A stretch of DNA of 64,000 nucleotides, taken from assembly GCA_964016885.1 (NCBI GenBank), contig OZ024743.1, forward strand, positions 169,880,001 through 169,944,000, read 5' to 3'. Position numbers and translations under genes: made by a program. Of the stretch, positions 41,471-55,083 are shown piece by piece. How positions within the stretch are numbered: position 1 is the first letter of the stretch; each line of letters begins with the position of its first letter. This DNA comes from Eledone cirrhosa. Lineage: Eukaryota. The notes beneath the pieces are model-generated. The model did not search any database. It had not been told where the DNA came from and saw nothing but the letters and a program-made list of their open reading frames with translations.

Positions 41471-43814
41471 ATATACATTATGTTAATAAATAGAAACTAT
41501 ATTTATAAAACCATATTTATTTTATTATATATATTTCAAGGGTAACGAAGGCAAATTCTGTTTCGCTTTCATCACATAAAATACAGATTTGTTTTATAAA
41601 TAAATATTGACATATCCGGAAAAAGACAACCTTAATGGTTGGAGCTTCCTGGATAGTGGAGATAATATTTTATTGAGGGTAATACAAAGTTATGAGAGAG
41701 TATGCAAATGAGTGTCCGAAAAGTTGAAAAGATAACGGTTTATTTAAATTAAACTCTTGGAAGAAGAGCTTATGTAAGGGAGAGAGAACAAAAGGAAGGA
41801 GAAAGAGAGAAGAAGAAAGAAAGAACGATCATACATAGTGATATTAAAGATAGTCAAAGTAAACGAGGAAATAAATTTTAATGGAGGAATATAACTAAGT
41901 GAAAGAAGTGAAAGAAGAAATAAGATTATCGTGGAAGAATAATATTTAGAATGTAGGGTTCATTACGTTGTGATTATAATATTTATAATGATAAGTTGAA
42001 AAATCATACTAAAATTAAAAATTAAAAATTAAAAACTAAAAATCAAAATTAAAGATTAAAATTTACTTTAATTTAATATTAAAATTACAAATTAAAAACT
42101 TAAAACAGAAGTAATTATATTATATTAAGATGTATTAGTAATAATATATTGGTTTAGATGTGTATGTTATGGATTACAAATTATTTAAATGTATAGTATT
42201 TAACATTAGAGAAAATCTAGTATAGTTTATTTGATTTTAGTAAGTTTGGCAAAATTATATTTATTAATAGTTCTAAGTCAAAACTTAAACATCCAAATAA
42301 TTCCAAATTTATGAGAGTTTACAAAGGAATAACTACTTAATTATATTATAAAAACAGTAAGGAAGTATAAAGGAAGTTAGAAGTGATTTTTTAAGAACTC
42401 AAATGACTCCAAGGATACATAAAAAAAACTTTTAAAAAAACATTTAAAAAAAAATTTTTTTTTAAATTTTTATGAGAAGTCATAAATGTTATGAAGTTAA
42501 AAAATTTATCTTAAGAATATAATTAAAACATAAACCATATGTTATTTTATAAGAAGTCATAAATTTATCTTAAGAATATAATTAAAACATAAACCATAGG
42601 TTATTCCGCATACATATATAAACACCATATGTTATTCCACATATATATAAATATTTGGATATATATTAAAACTGTTTGAAGATATAAAATATTGGAAGAT
42701 ATGAAAATAATGGTTTTTCCATATCCTTCAAAGGATTTACCAAGAATTTTCTAAAACTTTCAGGAAGTCTATCAAGGAAAATTTTTCTTAAAAGAATTGC
42801 AAGTAGTCATATAAAAGTATATTTATGAAATAGAGATAATAGAAAGTAAATTAAATATATATGAATCATATATAGATATAATCTGGTGGATGAAGTTGTA
42901 GGTGGTTGGATATAGAAAACGTTATGTAAAGGAGATTAACCATATATTACATTTTAAAAGTTGAGTTTAAACGATGTTTACAAGAACTAAATAAATTATT
43001 ACGCAAATTAATAGAGTTCTTACTTTTTAGTATAAAGAATATTTCTTCAACGCAAAGGGAGCAATTTTTGGATGGAGCTTTGGAGATAATTTCCCAAGAT
43101 AAAGAATAGCTTATATTCTTGGATTTTAAGTTCCATAATAAGTTGGATAGAGAAGTTGAAGATTTTTTACCAATATTCGTAAAGGAACATTTATGGTTAT
43201 TGAAACGGGATTTGAAGTCTGTGTAAGTAGAGCCGACATAGTTAAAGGAATTTTCATTGGTTTTGACATTACAATTGTATACTATACTTTTAACTAAACA
43301 GTTATTATTTAGTGGACAGTTAATCACAACGTAATGAACCCTACATTCTAAATATTATTCTTCCACATTAATCTTCTTTCTTGTTTCACTTAGTTATATT
43401 CCTCCATTAAAATTTATTTCCTTGTTCACTTTGACTATCTTCACTATCACTATGTATAATCGTTCTTTCTTCTTCTCTCTTTCTCCTTCCTTTTCTTCTC
43501 TCTCCCTTACATATCTTCTTCTTCTAACAGTTTAATTTAAATAAACCATTATCTTTTCAACTTTTCGGACACTCATTTGCATACTCACTCATAACTTTGT
43601 ATTACCCTCAATAAAATATTATCTCCACTATCCAGGAAGCTCCAACCGTTCAGGTTTTCTTTTTTCCGAGTATGTCAATATTTATTTATAAAACAAATCT
43701 GTATTTTATCTCATGAAAGCGCACCATAATTTGCCTTGGTTGCCCTTGAAATATATATAATAAAATAAATATGGTTTTATAAATATAGTTTCCATTTATT
43801 AATATAATGTGTAT
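41471..43814 (-). mobile_element. Naiad-type PLE 3' fragment flanked by ~500-bp inverted pLTRs
   Basis: ORF 42947..43327 (CPL...CL.KSIVY...YVGST..FKSRF.NH..SF...CSLCVEE...SSCKHR); 41471-41976 is the reverse complement of 43321-43814. Confidence 0.85.
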
Positions 43815-43920
43815 TTACTCCACTAACCCGTTGAGTGCTTTATATAAATTATAAAAATGTTTAAGCTTGTTGAATCCCAACAAATTAAATATAACCACTG
43901 CATATATATATATATATATA

Positions 43921-44064
43921 TAGGAAAAAGTATGACTCCGACGGCAGAGCTCAAGCCGTTTCGCCGGCTATTTCTGGAGTCCAGAAATTTCCCACTCTAC
44001 TACCCTAAGTATTGAGTACTCTGGTGCGTTATGGTCCATTTGGTTCCTTACCACAATTCCTTTG

Positions 44065-44068
<4 letters not shown>
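43921..44068 (+). mobile_element. Hairpin-terminated short element (half-HHR family), copy 3, right arm deleted
   Basis: Left arm + CTGGA-G-TCCAG centre + shared tail. Confidence 0.75.
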
Positions 44069-44100
<32 letters not shown>

Positions 44101-44107
<7 letters not shown>

Positions 44108-44836
44108 AGACGTAAGATAAGAAAATTATAAAATTAACTTACTTACTAAAATATCACTTCCAACTAATTAGTTTCTGGAATGGAGTAGATACATCTTCCG
44201 AAGAAGGTGTAGAGAAACATCCCGTCATCAGGAAAGTCAATTCTCATATAAGTTCCAGGCAAAGCGAGGACACTGGAAGCTTATTAAAAATAAATCAGTG
44301 AATAGGAAGTAGCAAAGCGTGGACTTACTTCCTAGCCATTGAGAATATCACTGCCTCTGTGTCTGTGGCAAATTCAAAAAGAATCGAACACGTGACATCG
44401 AGGTCAATCGGTGGAAAGTGGTTTGTTAATAAGACAGCGGCTAGCCTGCTACCGTAGCAGCAGTCATGGCCAGTATTGCTCGACAAATATTTTGGAGATA
44501 ATAATAAAGAATTTATATCTAGTAACATATATATACATACAAATGCATATCGATGCTAGCAAATATATAGGTTTTGTCTTAATAACATTGTGGTTCAATG
44601 CATGGGGTTGCAGAACAATAATATAAGAGACGTAAGATAAGAAAATTATAAAATTAACTTACTTACTAAAATATCACTTCCAACTTAATTTTATAATTTT
44701 CTTATCTTACGTCTCTTATATTATTGTTCTGCAACCCCATGCATTGAACCACAATGTTATTAAGACAAAACCTATATATTTGCTAGCATCGATATGCATT
44801 TGTATGTATATATATGTTACTAGATATCAATTCTTT

Positions 44837-44840
<4 letters not shown>
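44101..44840 (-). mobile_element. 520-bp HHR-bearing non-coding unit (~1.1 copies) with fold-back inverted end
   Basis: 44101-44164 = 44621-44684; ~44503-44656 is inverted at 44685-44840. Confidence 0.8.
44156..44237 (-). ncRNA. Type I hammerhead ribozyme
   Basis: ACUUUC CUGAUGA c GGGAUG...CAUUCC a GAAAC uaauua GUU GGAAGU. Confidence 0.8.
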
Positions 44841-44884
<44 letters not shown>

Positions 44885-45074
44885 TACATATATATATATA
44901 TCTACATATATATATAGATATACATATATATATATACATACATATATATATATAAACGGAAAAAAATGAAACGAAATTTCATTTCCTAATCTTAGTACGG
45001 CTGTTACTTAAATATAAGTATGTACACGTACATACATATATGGTCTATTTGGTTCCTTACCACAATTCCTTTGT

Positions 45075-45143
<69 letters not shown>

Positions 45144-45145
<2 letters not shown>

Positions 45146-45785
45146 GAAAATATGGGTGAGTAGAATACTGCTGGTTGCACATGGATAACATGTTATAAAA
45201 TGAGTCCCTCATCAGTGATTTACCAAACGATCATGGGTATTTCATCGCATTAAAAATCATATACCTCACGTTGGAGCGATAATAACTAAAATAAGTTATT
45301 AGGACAAAAGAAACGCGTAAAGCGAGTGAGACAAGTAAACAACACAGGGGGAAGCTAACCGAAGATGGAAATAAACACAAGCAACATAGTTATTCTTTCA
45401 GCATAAGCTGTGTGAATATATGAGCGAGTCAAGAAAACAGACCTTTCGCTAGTGAATCCGGTGTTAGAAAGAATGAAAACCGTTTTCCCAGCGAACGGGA
45501 GGAAGAAAGAAGGGAGAAACAGGGACTGAGTGAGTGGGAGTGCGAGGAAGAGGTCAGTAGAGAGAAAGAGTTAACTGACGTGGCAGAGGGGACGAAAGAA
45601 AGTAAGAGAGTAAGAGAGAACGAGGGAGCAGTAAGAGTGTAAGAGAGAAACACAGAATTGCAGTTTGGGTAAATATATGAAAATATGGGTGAGTAGAATA
45701 CTGCTGGTTGCACATGGATAACATGTTATAAAATGAGTCCCTCATCAGTGATTTACCAAACGATCATGGGTATTTCATCGCATTA
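45144..45785. mobile_element. 533-bp unit x1.2 (terminal direct repeat of ~109 bp), TA-flanked
   Basis: 45144-45252 = 45677-45785; same family as 19621-20159. Confidence 0.8.
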
Positions 45786-45854
45786 TACATATATACATAT
45801 ATATATATCTACATATATATATACATATATATATACATATATATATACATACAT

Positions 45855-45887
<33 letters not shown>

Positions 45888-45960
45888 CATATATATATAT
45901 CTACATATATATATACATATATATATATACATACATATATATATACATACATATATATAT

Positions 45961-46745
45961 ATAAACGGAAAAAATGAAACGTAATTTCATTTCCCAATCT
46001 TAGTACGGCTGTTACTTAAATATAAGTATGTACACGTACACACATATATGTATACAGACGTACAGTAGTATGTATATATATATATACATACATGCACACA
46101 TATATATATATGTACGTATGGATTTACCAAACATCCATTACAATGCTCGGTGTGTTTGTAAACAAACATCCCGTATTAAGCCGTAGTGTCCAGCAACCAT
46201 CGTTGCTCGTTTGTTCAACACTGACAAAGGAAGGCTGTACTAGTTTCAAGCTTATTAGCTATCGTCAGCAACGTATACCTTCCTGCCAGATTGTTGAACG
46301 TCTGAAAGTATATACTTTCCTTATGCATATTAACGGCTGAGTAGCCAATTTGCATATCGAGTGGGTTAATCGGCCGGGTGCACCGAAAACGATAAACGGA
46401 AAAAATGAAACAAAATTTCATTTCCCACTCTTAGTACGGCTGTTACTTAAAGTATGTACACGTACATACATATATGTATACAGACGTACAGTAGTATGTA
46501 TATATATGGCCTCAGCCGGATGGCTGAAACAGGTAAAAGAGTATACATGCACACATATATATATGTACGTATTGATTCACCAAACATCCATTACAATGCT
46601 CAGTGTGTTTGTAAACAAACATCCAGTATTAAGCCGTAGTGTCCAGCAACCGTCGTTGCTCGCTTGTTCAACACTGACAAAGGAATGCTGTACTAGTTTC
46701 AAGCTGTACTGTGTTTACAAACACACCGAGCATTGTAATGGATAT
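45961..46745 (-). mobile_element. Diverged relative of the 468-bp retrozyme-like unit (431-bp period, ~1.7 copies, fold-back end)
   Basis: ATAAACGGAAAAAATGAAAC at 45961 and 46392; colinear with 60205-60672; 46712-46744 inverts 46133-46163; short third copy at 44952-45040. Confidence 0.8.
46234..46272 (-). ncRNA. Minimal type I hammerhead ribozyme
   Basis: GUUG CUGACGA u AGCU aaua AGCU u GAAAC ua GUA CAGC. Confidence 0.8.
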
Positions 46746-46765
46746 TTATATATATATACACGTAT

Positions 46766-46910
46766 GGAGGCATATGGCTTAGTGGTTAGAGCATTGGCCT
46801 TGTAATCGAAAGATTGTGAGTTCAATTCTCAGACCGGGTGATGTGTTGTTTCCTTGAGCAAGACACTTTATTTCACATTGCTCCAGTTTACACAGCTGTA
46901 GAAATGAGAT
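46766..46910 (+). mobile_element. tRNA-derived SINE (second family), 5' portion
   Basis: A box TGGCTTAGTGG, B box GAGTTCAATTC, core TTGAGCAAGACACTTTA...TTGCTCCAG...CAGCTGTA. Confidence 0.75.
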
Positions 46911-47200
46911 GATAGGGACTGGGGTCCATATCATTCCACTGTAAAGTGGTCGTGGAGGTGCCACAGCAAAAAAGCACCCAGCACTCACTGTAAATGAGGT
47001 TGGTGATAGAATCAATTCCCGTCCCATCCTTACAAGCAGGGAAAAGCGCACGTAAAATGAAATGATGATGATGATGATGATATATACACGTGTGTATATA
47101 TATATATATATAAAAATATATATACAATGTATATATATATATATATATATACATATGTGTATATATATATATATATACATATGTGTATATATATATACAC

Positions 47201-47248
<48 letters not shown>

Positions 47249-47668
47249 GTGTATATATATATACACGTGTGTATGTGTATATATGTATATATGTGTGTAT
47301 ATATATATACATGTGTGTGTGTATATATATATATATACACGTGTATATATATACATATATATATATATACATACATATATATACATATGTATATATATAT
47401 ATATTTATATATACATATATATACATATGTATATATATATATATATACATATATATACATATATATATATACATGTATATACATATGTATATATATATAT
47501 ATATACATGTATATATATATGTATATATATATATACATATATATACATATATATATACATATATATATATATACATATATATACATATATATATACACAT
47601 ATATATATATATATATATACATATATATACATAAGTATATATATTTATATATACATATATATACATAA

Positions 47669-47720
<52 letters not shown>

Positions 47721-47723
<3 letters not shown>

Positions 47724-47918
47724 AACGAGTAGGACCCCGATGGCTGAGCTCAAGCCGTTTCGACGGCTAATTCTGGACGAGTCCAGAATTAGCCGTCGAA
47801 ACGGCTTGAGCTCAGCCGTCGGGGTCCTACTCATTCCTATTACCCACTCTACTACCCTAAGTATTGAGTACTTTGGTGCGTTATGGTCCACCTGGTTCCT
47901 TACCACATTTCCTCCTTT
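47721..47918 (+). mobile_element. Hairpin-terminated short element (half-HHR family), best-preserved copy
   Basis: Near-perfect 118-bp palindrome 47721-47838 containing GAAA CGGCU-UGAGCUC-AGCCG UC, then the shared tail. Confidence 0.85.
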
Positions 47919-47934
47919 ATATATATATATATAA

Positions 47935-49222
47935 AACACCAGAGCCAAAGAAATGTAACAACTTTAGCAGAAAAAGCTTGGACGCTCAGGGATAGCGATC
48001 AAAAGTTTATCCTAAAATGGGAGAAATTAGCTAAAACCCAAAGCTTTTCCAGGAGCCAAAATTTTTGCAAATTGTGTAATCTTGAGATTTATTACATAAT
48101 CACACACAAGAAGAAATTGCTGAATAACAGAATTGAACGAACATTATTCTGCCGTCACAGAACTAAAACCCTTTTTTCCCACTACAAGCCGAATATTACA
48201 TAAAAGAGGGACATCCCCCCAACTATATAAACCTCAATCTAGTTAGAAAAATATAAAAACAATCTCTTCTCAACATATATTAATAACCTTAAATTACCAC
48301 ACTAATAATGGAAAGATATGCCGATGAGAATAGGTGCAAATATGCGATAATGAATGTGTCTAAAAACGTCCATAAGTATGTATATATATGTGAAAATGTA
48401 TATAAATAAGTAAATATATATATATGTTTGATGTATATAGTTAGATGTAAGTGTATTCATGTATTAAAGTGCTTATATATATATATATATTTATATATAT
48501 GTGTGTATATATATATATATATAGATGTGTATGTATATGTATATGTGTACACATAGACTAGAGTATGTATGTAAATATGTGTGTGTCTATACGTGTGTAT
48601 ATAAAGATAAGTTGAGTATGAAAATGTATACACATGAACGCGTATGTATGTACATGAATACATGTGTGTATATATATATGTATGCATGTGTATATGTATG
48701 TAAGTATGAATATGTGAATGTGAGTATATGTATTTTGTAGAGGTGTGCAAATATGTTTGTGTGTGAATGCGTGGGTGAAAGGATACGTACACTTGAAAGA
48801 AAAATTTAAGTCTGAATGTTAATTAAGTGCAAACACAAAACCAACCACGCATATCTTTACTATCTCTAATCCTTCTATAGATTTAGAAAAATAACCAATA
48901 ATATATTCTATAAAAATGTCAAAACAACAGATGGGAATCTAATTACTCACTGCCACCAAAAATTCTCACTGCTATCAAAAAACCACTCCCTCAACTATTC
49001 TTCTAACAACTTCACCCCTCCCTCCTAATATTCTCTATAAAAACCAAATAGGTCCTCAGTAATATTATTCTGATGAAATGACAGTAAATAATAACATTGA
49101 AATATTGAATGTCTGCATAACTAAAACTTTGTAGATAGCAGCTGTTTTCAGGTTATGTAACTGTTATAGAAACACGTGTCAATAAGTTCCTTTCAACGAA
49201 ACTGTATCCATTCAAATCTTTC

Positions 49223-49225
<3 letters not shown>
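47935..49225 (+). mobile_element. Naiad-type PLE 3' fragment (GIY-YIG C-terminus + 3' UTR + HHR)
   Basis: ORF 47883..48203: [11 protein letters not shown]...LKWE...CKLCNLEIYYI...LLNNRIE...CRHR. Confidence 0.8.
49065..49185 (+). ncRNA. Type I hammerhead ribozyme, long stem II
   Basis: UUAUU CUGAUGA a AUGACAGU...ACUGUUAU a GAAAC acgu GUC AAUAA. Confidence 0.85.
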
Positions 49226-49293
<68 letters not shown>

Positions 49294-49418
49294 AGGAGGT
49301 GAGTTTTATTGTAGTACAATAAAGCAATGCAGATATCGGATAAGAAGCACTCTACAGTTTGTAGGACTGGAGTATACATAATATATAAGATCAAAAGATG
49401 GTTAAAAGAGTTCCATGT

Positions 49419-49487
49419 ATTTTATTATGCGCATTTCAAAAACAAATATCATTATGCAATAATATTTGTGTTTTCATCAGATAAAAT
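49419..49487 (-). ncRNA. Type I hammerhead ribozyme (AUA site)
   Basis: AUUUUAU CUGAUGA aaacacaaauauu...gauauuuguuuuu GAAA UGCGCA UA AUAAAAU. Confidence 0.8.
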
Positions 49488-49494
49488 GTCTTCC

Positions 49495-49565
49495 TATTTT
49501 ATCTGATGAAAACACAAATATTATTGCATGATGATATTTGTTTTTGAAATGCGCATAATAAAATA
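49495..49565 (+). ncRNA. Type I hammerhead ribozyme, inverted twin of 49419-49487
   Basis: UAUUUUAU CUGAUGA ... GAAA UGCGCA UA AUAAAAUA. Confidence 0.8.
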
Positions 49566-49574
49566 CATGGAACT

Positions 49575-52500
49575 CTTACAACTGTTTCATCCAAACCTAG
49601 GCATGTTTCAATGTTTGTACACATAATTGACCTCCTTTCCAACGCAAGAGACATACAGATACATATATATATTGATGTACAGTGGAGTGGCATATATTAT
49701 ACTATACTATTTTTGTATAGCAATTCAAATTCAAAATCAAAATCAAAATTAAAATCAAAATTAAAATACATTCGGCAGATAACACAGATAATGCAAAAGG
49801 ATAGTTTGATAGTCAGGTCTAGTAGGTAGTGTATGCGTTAGTTACACGTGGAGCATGCAAGTGTGTCTCATTGTTATACTATTATTGTGTGGCAGGGTGT
49901 TACACGTAATGCAAGCACTTTAAGCGGGTAAGCAAGATTATTATGGTGGTTGTAGTGGTAAGGTATTTTTTCATGAACAATAGTGACCTGACTAGACCCC
50001 AGATTGATGTCATACTCGCGGCCCGTAAAACCGTAATCACTTTTGAAGACCAGTTATGGACTCGCAATGATACGCATAGCAACTTCGACATAACCCTGGG
50101 ATCTAGTGACTCGGCGCAGGTCACTGATTTGGTGGGCCTATACTTACTAAACGAAATCCATAAGGACCTTCGATACCTCAACGGTGGTTTGTATCGCGAT
50201 GATGCACTTCTTTTTATAGACTATAAAAAATTTAATATAGAAAGAACTAGAAAACTATTACACAAGACTTTCAAAAACTATAACCTAAGTATCACCATAG
50301 ACAAAAACACTAAAAACGTTAACTTCCTACATGCCACCCTTTACCTAGACTCTAAGATACATACACCATTCCATAAACCTAACGAAAAACTGATTTACGT
50401 AGATACCAAGTCTAACCACTCTAGATCAATATTAAGCTCTATCTCTAAAGGAATATCCAATATAATCTCTAATCTATCTTATGACGAAGCCATATTTAGC
50501 AAAAACTCACAATACTATAATCAGGCATTAGCTAGATCAGGCCATAATAATGAGATCGTGTTCCTACCTATAAAAACACATAGTTACAACATTATTTCGC
50601 ACAATATGTCCATGAGGAAAAATAGTAATAAGAATAATAACCACACACACACTAGTACGAAGGGTGGCAACAAACGTAACCCACACCAGGAAGGACACCA
50701 AAATACCATAAACGGAAGCATCTCACCAGACATAAAAAACAAACATAGAAGAAGAAATAATACATTTTTCAACCCCCCTTTCGTCTCTACCAACCTACCT
50801 AAGGCTTTCTTCTCACTCCTAGATAAAAACTTCCCATCTGGCCACAAGTACCATAGTCTTATAAATAAAAACACCATTAAAATCTCCTACTCTACCACGC
50901 CTAACATAGCATACCACATAGCTAGTAGCAATAAAAGAAAAATTAATACTTACTTCCAACAAACTAAAACACAGCAGGGGGTAAACCTTCAAAACAACGT
51001 AATACCTGCAAACCTTAATATCAATAGTAATAATAGTAATAGCACTAGTGAAAGCAATAACGCTAGGAGCGACTACTCCCATAACCATAATGCAATACCT
51101 AGCAACCATACTTCTACACAACATAATAACCGGCAGGTTAACATCCAAAATAATTGTAACTGTAGATCTAATAGAACTTGCCCTTTAGATAAAAACTGCT
51201 TAATCAAGGACATCATATAATCATGCACCGTCAGAACTAGCAACTCTTCTGAAACCTATATAGGCTCTACTTCGAACTGCTTCAAAACCAGATACAATTC
51301 ACACCAAATCTTTAAAAAAAAAACAGTCTTCACTATCTAGTTACATACACTATCTAAAAACTAGAAATAGATCTTATACACTTCAATGGGAAGTGACAGG
51401 TAAGGCGGCATCGTACAAACCACCTAATAAATTCTGTAACCTCTGTCTACTAGAGACCTATACTATAATCTTCTCAAACCATAACCTCCTTAATAAAAAA
51501 ATCGGAAGTGTTTGCGTCGTGCCAGCACCACTTCCGGCACTCCTTCCAAAACTTTAAACCCAATATATAACAATGTCGGACTTGAACCCATCATCACCAC
51601 TTCTAACACCACACCTCAAGGGCACACCTTACACCACAACTCCACACTCTCTGATCCACCCTATCTCGACACAAATCATTCCATCTATCTATAACTTTAT
51701 ACCCTAGAAATATCCCCATAAACACCTACTTTTAATATAACTACATTCAATTACTTATAATTGTATAATGATACAATACAGTCTATATAAACTTTAAATA
51801 CTAGATACGGCAATGAATTATTTACGCATTTGTAATTAAATGTATGGAGTGATAACATTGGATATATATAAGATTAATTTATTAACATAAGAGATCTGTC
51901 TAACTTATATGTAGGGTGCTGCAATGAATTATGTATGAATTATATATGAATTATATATGCAAGTATAACTTGAAGGATAGATTAATGACATTGTAAATGA
52001 GAGATGTATTTTGTTTTGCCATGCAAACAGCCATACGCTGCTCCATAACTTGCCAGGGGTTATGTAGACAAAATTCTAATAGGTCCCCTGATATGTTCTA
52101 AGAGTAGACTGCATTTACAGTGAACTTTGATATAAAGGTATGGCACTTTATATGGAATATTCAATTGTAGCACTATATAATAGGGAGTAATCAACTTAAT
52201 ATAGATACCTTTAGTACATCATGATAGAGTAGACTGTATTTAAAATTGGAAACTAGATATAAATGTATAATCGTCTATATAAGGGACTCAATTGAGGCAC
52301 CTTATAATGTATGTTAGAACAATGAATTTAGTTATGAGATTCGGCTAGTTACCTCCCCTTAACACATTAACTCCCCTTAATTACACACATACTTCCGGGT
52401 AATAAACCGCTGTAAATTCTCGCAGCAGAATCAACCTATTCTATAAGCTTGGATTAAATAACACTGAGCCTCAATACGCTAAAATAATTTATTTTAATGC

Positions 52501-53290
52501 ACCAAACATTCAATACGGAATCATCGTTACTTATGTGATGGATGTAGAAACTATATCTTACTTTTTCTGACTGTGAAAATGATGGTGGATACGAAAACCA
52601 TAACTTTCTTTTGCTTCTTCTTTTTATTTTTATTTTTCTGCACACATACTTTTTTGTTCTATACAAAAAATACCTTACCACTACAACCACCATAATAATC
52701 TTGCTTACCCGCTTAAAGTGCTTGCATTACGTGTAACACCCTGCGACACAATAATAGTATAAAAATGAGACACACTTGCATACTCCACATGTAACTAACG
52801 CATACACTACCTACTAGACCTGACTATCAAACTATCCTCTTGCATTATCTGTGTTATCTGCTGAATGTATTTTAATTTTGATTTTAATTTTAATTTTGAT
52901 TTTGATTTTGAATTTGAATTTGAATTGCTGTACAAAAATAGTATAGTATAATATATGCCACTGTATAGCAATATATATATATATATGTATCTGTATGTCT
53001 CTTGCGTTGGAAAGGAGGTCAATTATGGGTACAAACATTGAAAAATGCTCCGAAGACTCCATGCCTAGGTTTGTATGAAACAATTGTAAGTGAATAAATG
53101 CTTTGAACATAGCTTTGATTCTTGTGAATTCTATATAACTGTTCTGTAGAACAACTGATGTTATTACATTGAGCTATTTTTCTTACTGGTAATAAGGTAG
53201 TAATAAATTACTGACCTTCATGGTTTAGGGTTTAAAATATACATAACTATAAAAAGTTTTAATATATACATAACCATAAATAGTATCCCT
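49575..53290 (+). mobile_element. 5'-truncated Naiad-type PLE with inverted pLTR
   Basis: ORF 49943..51220 (FDITLGSSDSAQVTDLVG, GGLYRDD, FFNPPF, CNCRSNRTCPL); decayed GIY-YIG to ~51560; 49575-49971 is the reverse complement of 52665-53090. Confidence 0.9.
53046..53092 (+). ncRNA. Hammerhead-like motif (U4C core) in the pLTR
   Basis: UGCU CCGAAGA cucc AUGC cuagguuu GUAU GAAAC aauu GUA AGUG. Confidence 0.55.
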
Positions 53291-53296
53291 AATATT

Positions 53297-54764
<1,468 letters not shown>

Positions 54765-54947
54765 GATAAATCTACCAAAATATACAGTAGTGTCCAATCC
54801 GTATGAAGAACTCAATGTAATCCAAATATCATGAAAAGAGATGTATTCAAAAAAAATTTTCGATGAAAATCACAGGAAAACAGAGTCAAGATAAATTAAT
54901 GAAAACAATGAATAAAAGCAAAGAAACAGTTCCTTATATTAAAAATT

Positions 54948-55083
54948 TCATCATTTTACGATCGTTTCTAGGACATATATGTGTTTGTTGGTATGTATAT
55001 CATATAGATCTATGTAAACATTTTACAAACTATTAGGGGAAATATACATACCTACACATATATATGCTGTCTTCAGAAATAAT
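54948..55083 (-). ncRNA. Type I hammerhead, homologous to 23969-24111, abutting a SINE cluster
   Basis: AUUAUUU CUGAAGA ...GAAAC gauc GUA AAAUGAUGA. Confidence 0.7.

Noticed and set aside
46508-46542. AGCC-GGAT-GGCT-GAAACAGGTA as a half hammerhead (also 25681-25702)
   Set aside because: Better explained as a SINE 3' tail (compare 481-530); no core and no palindromic stem III
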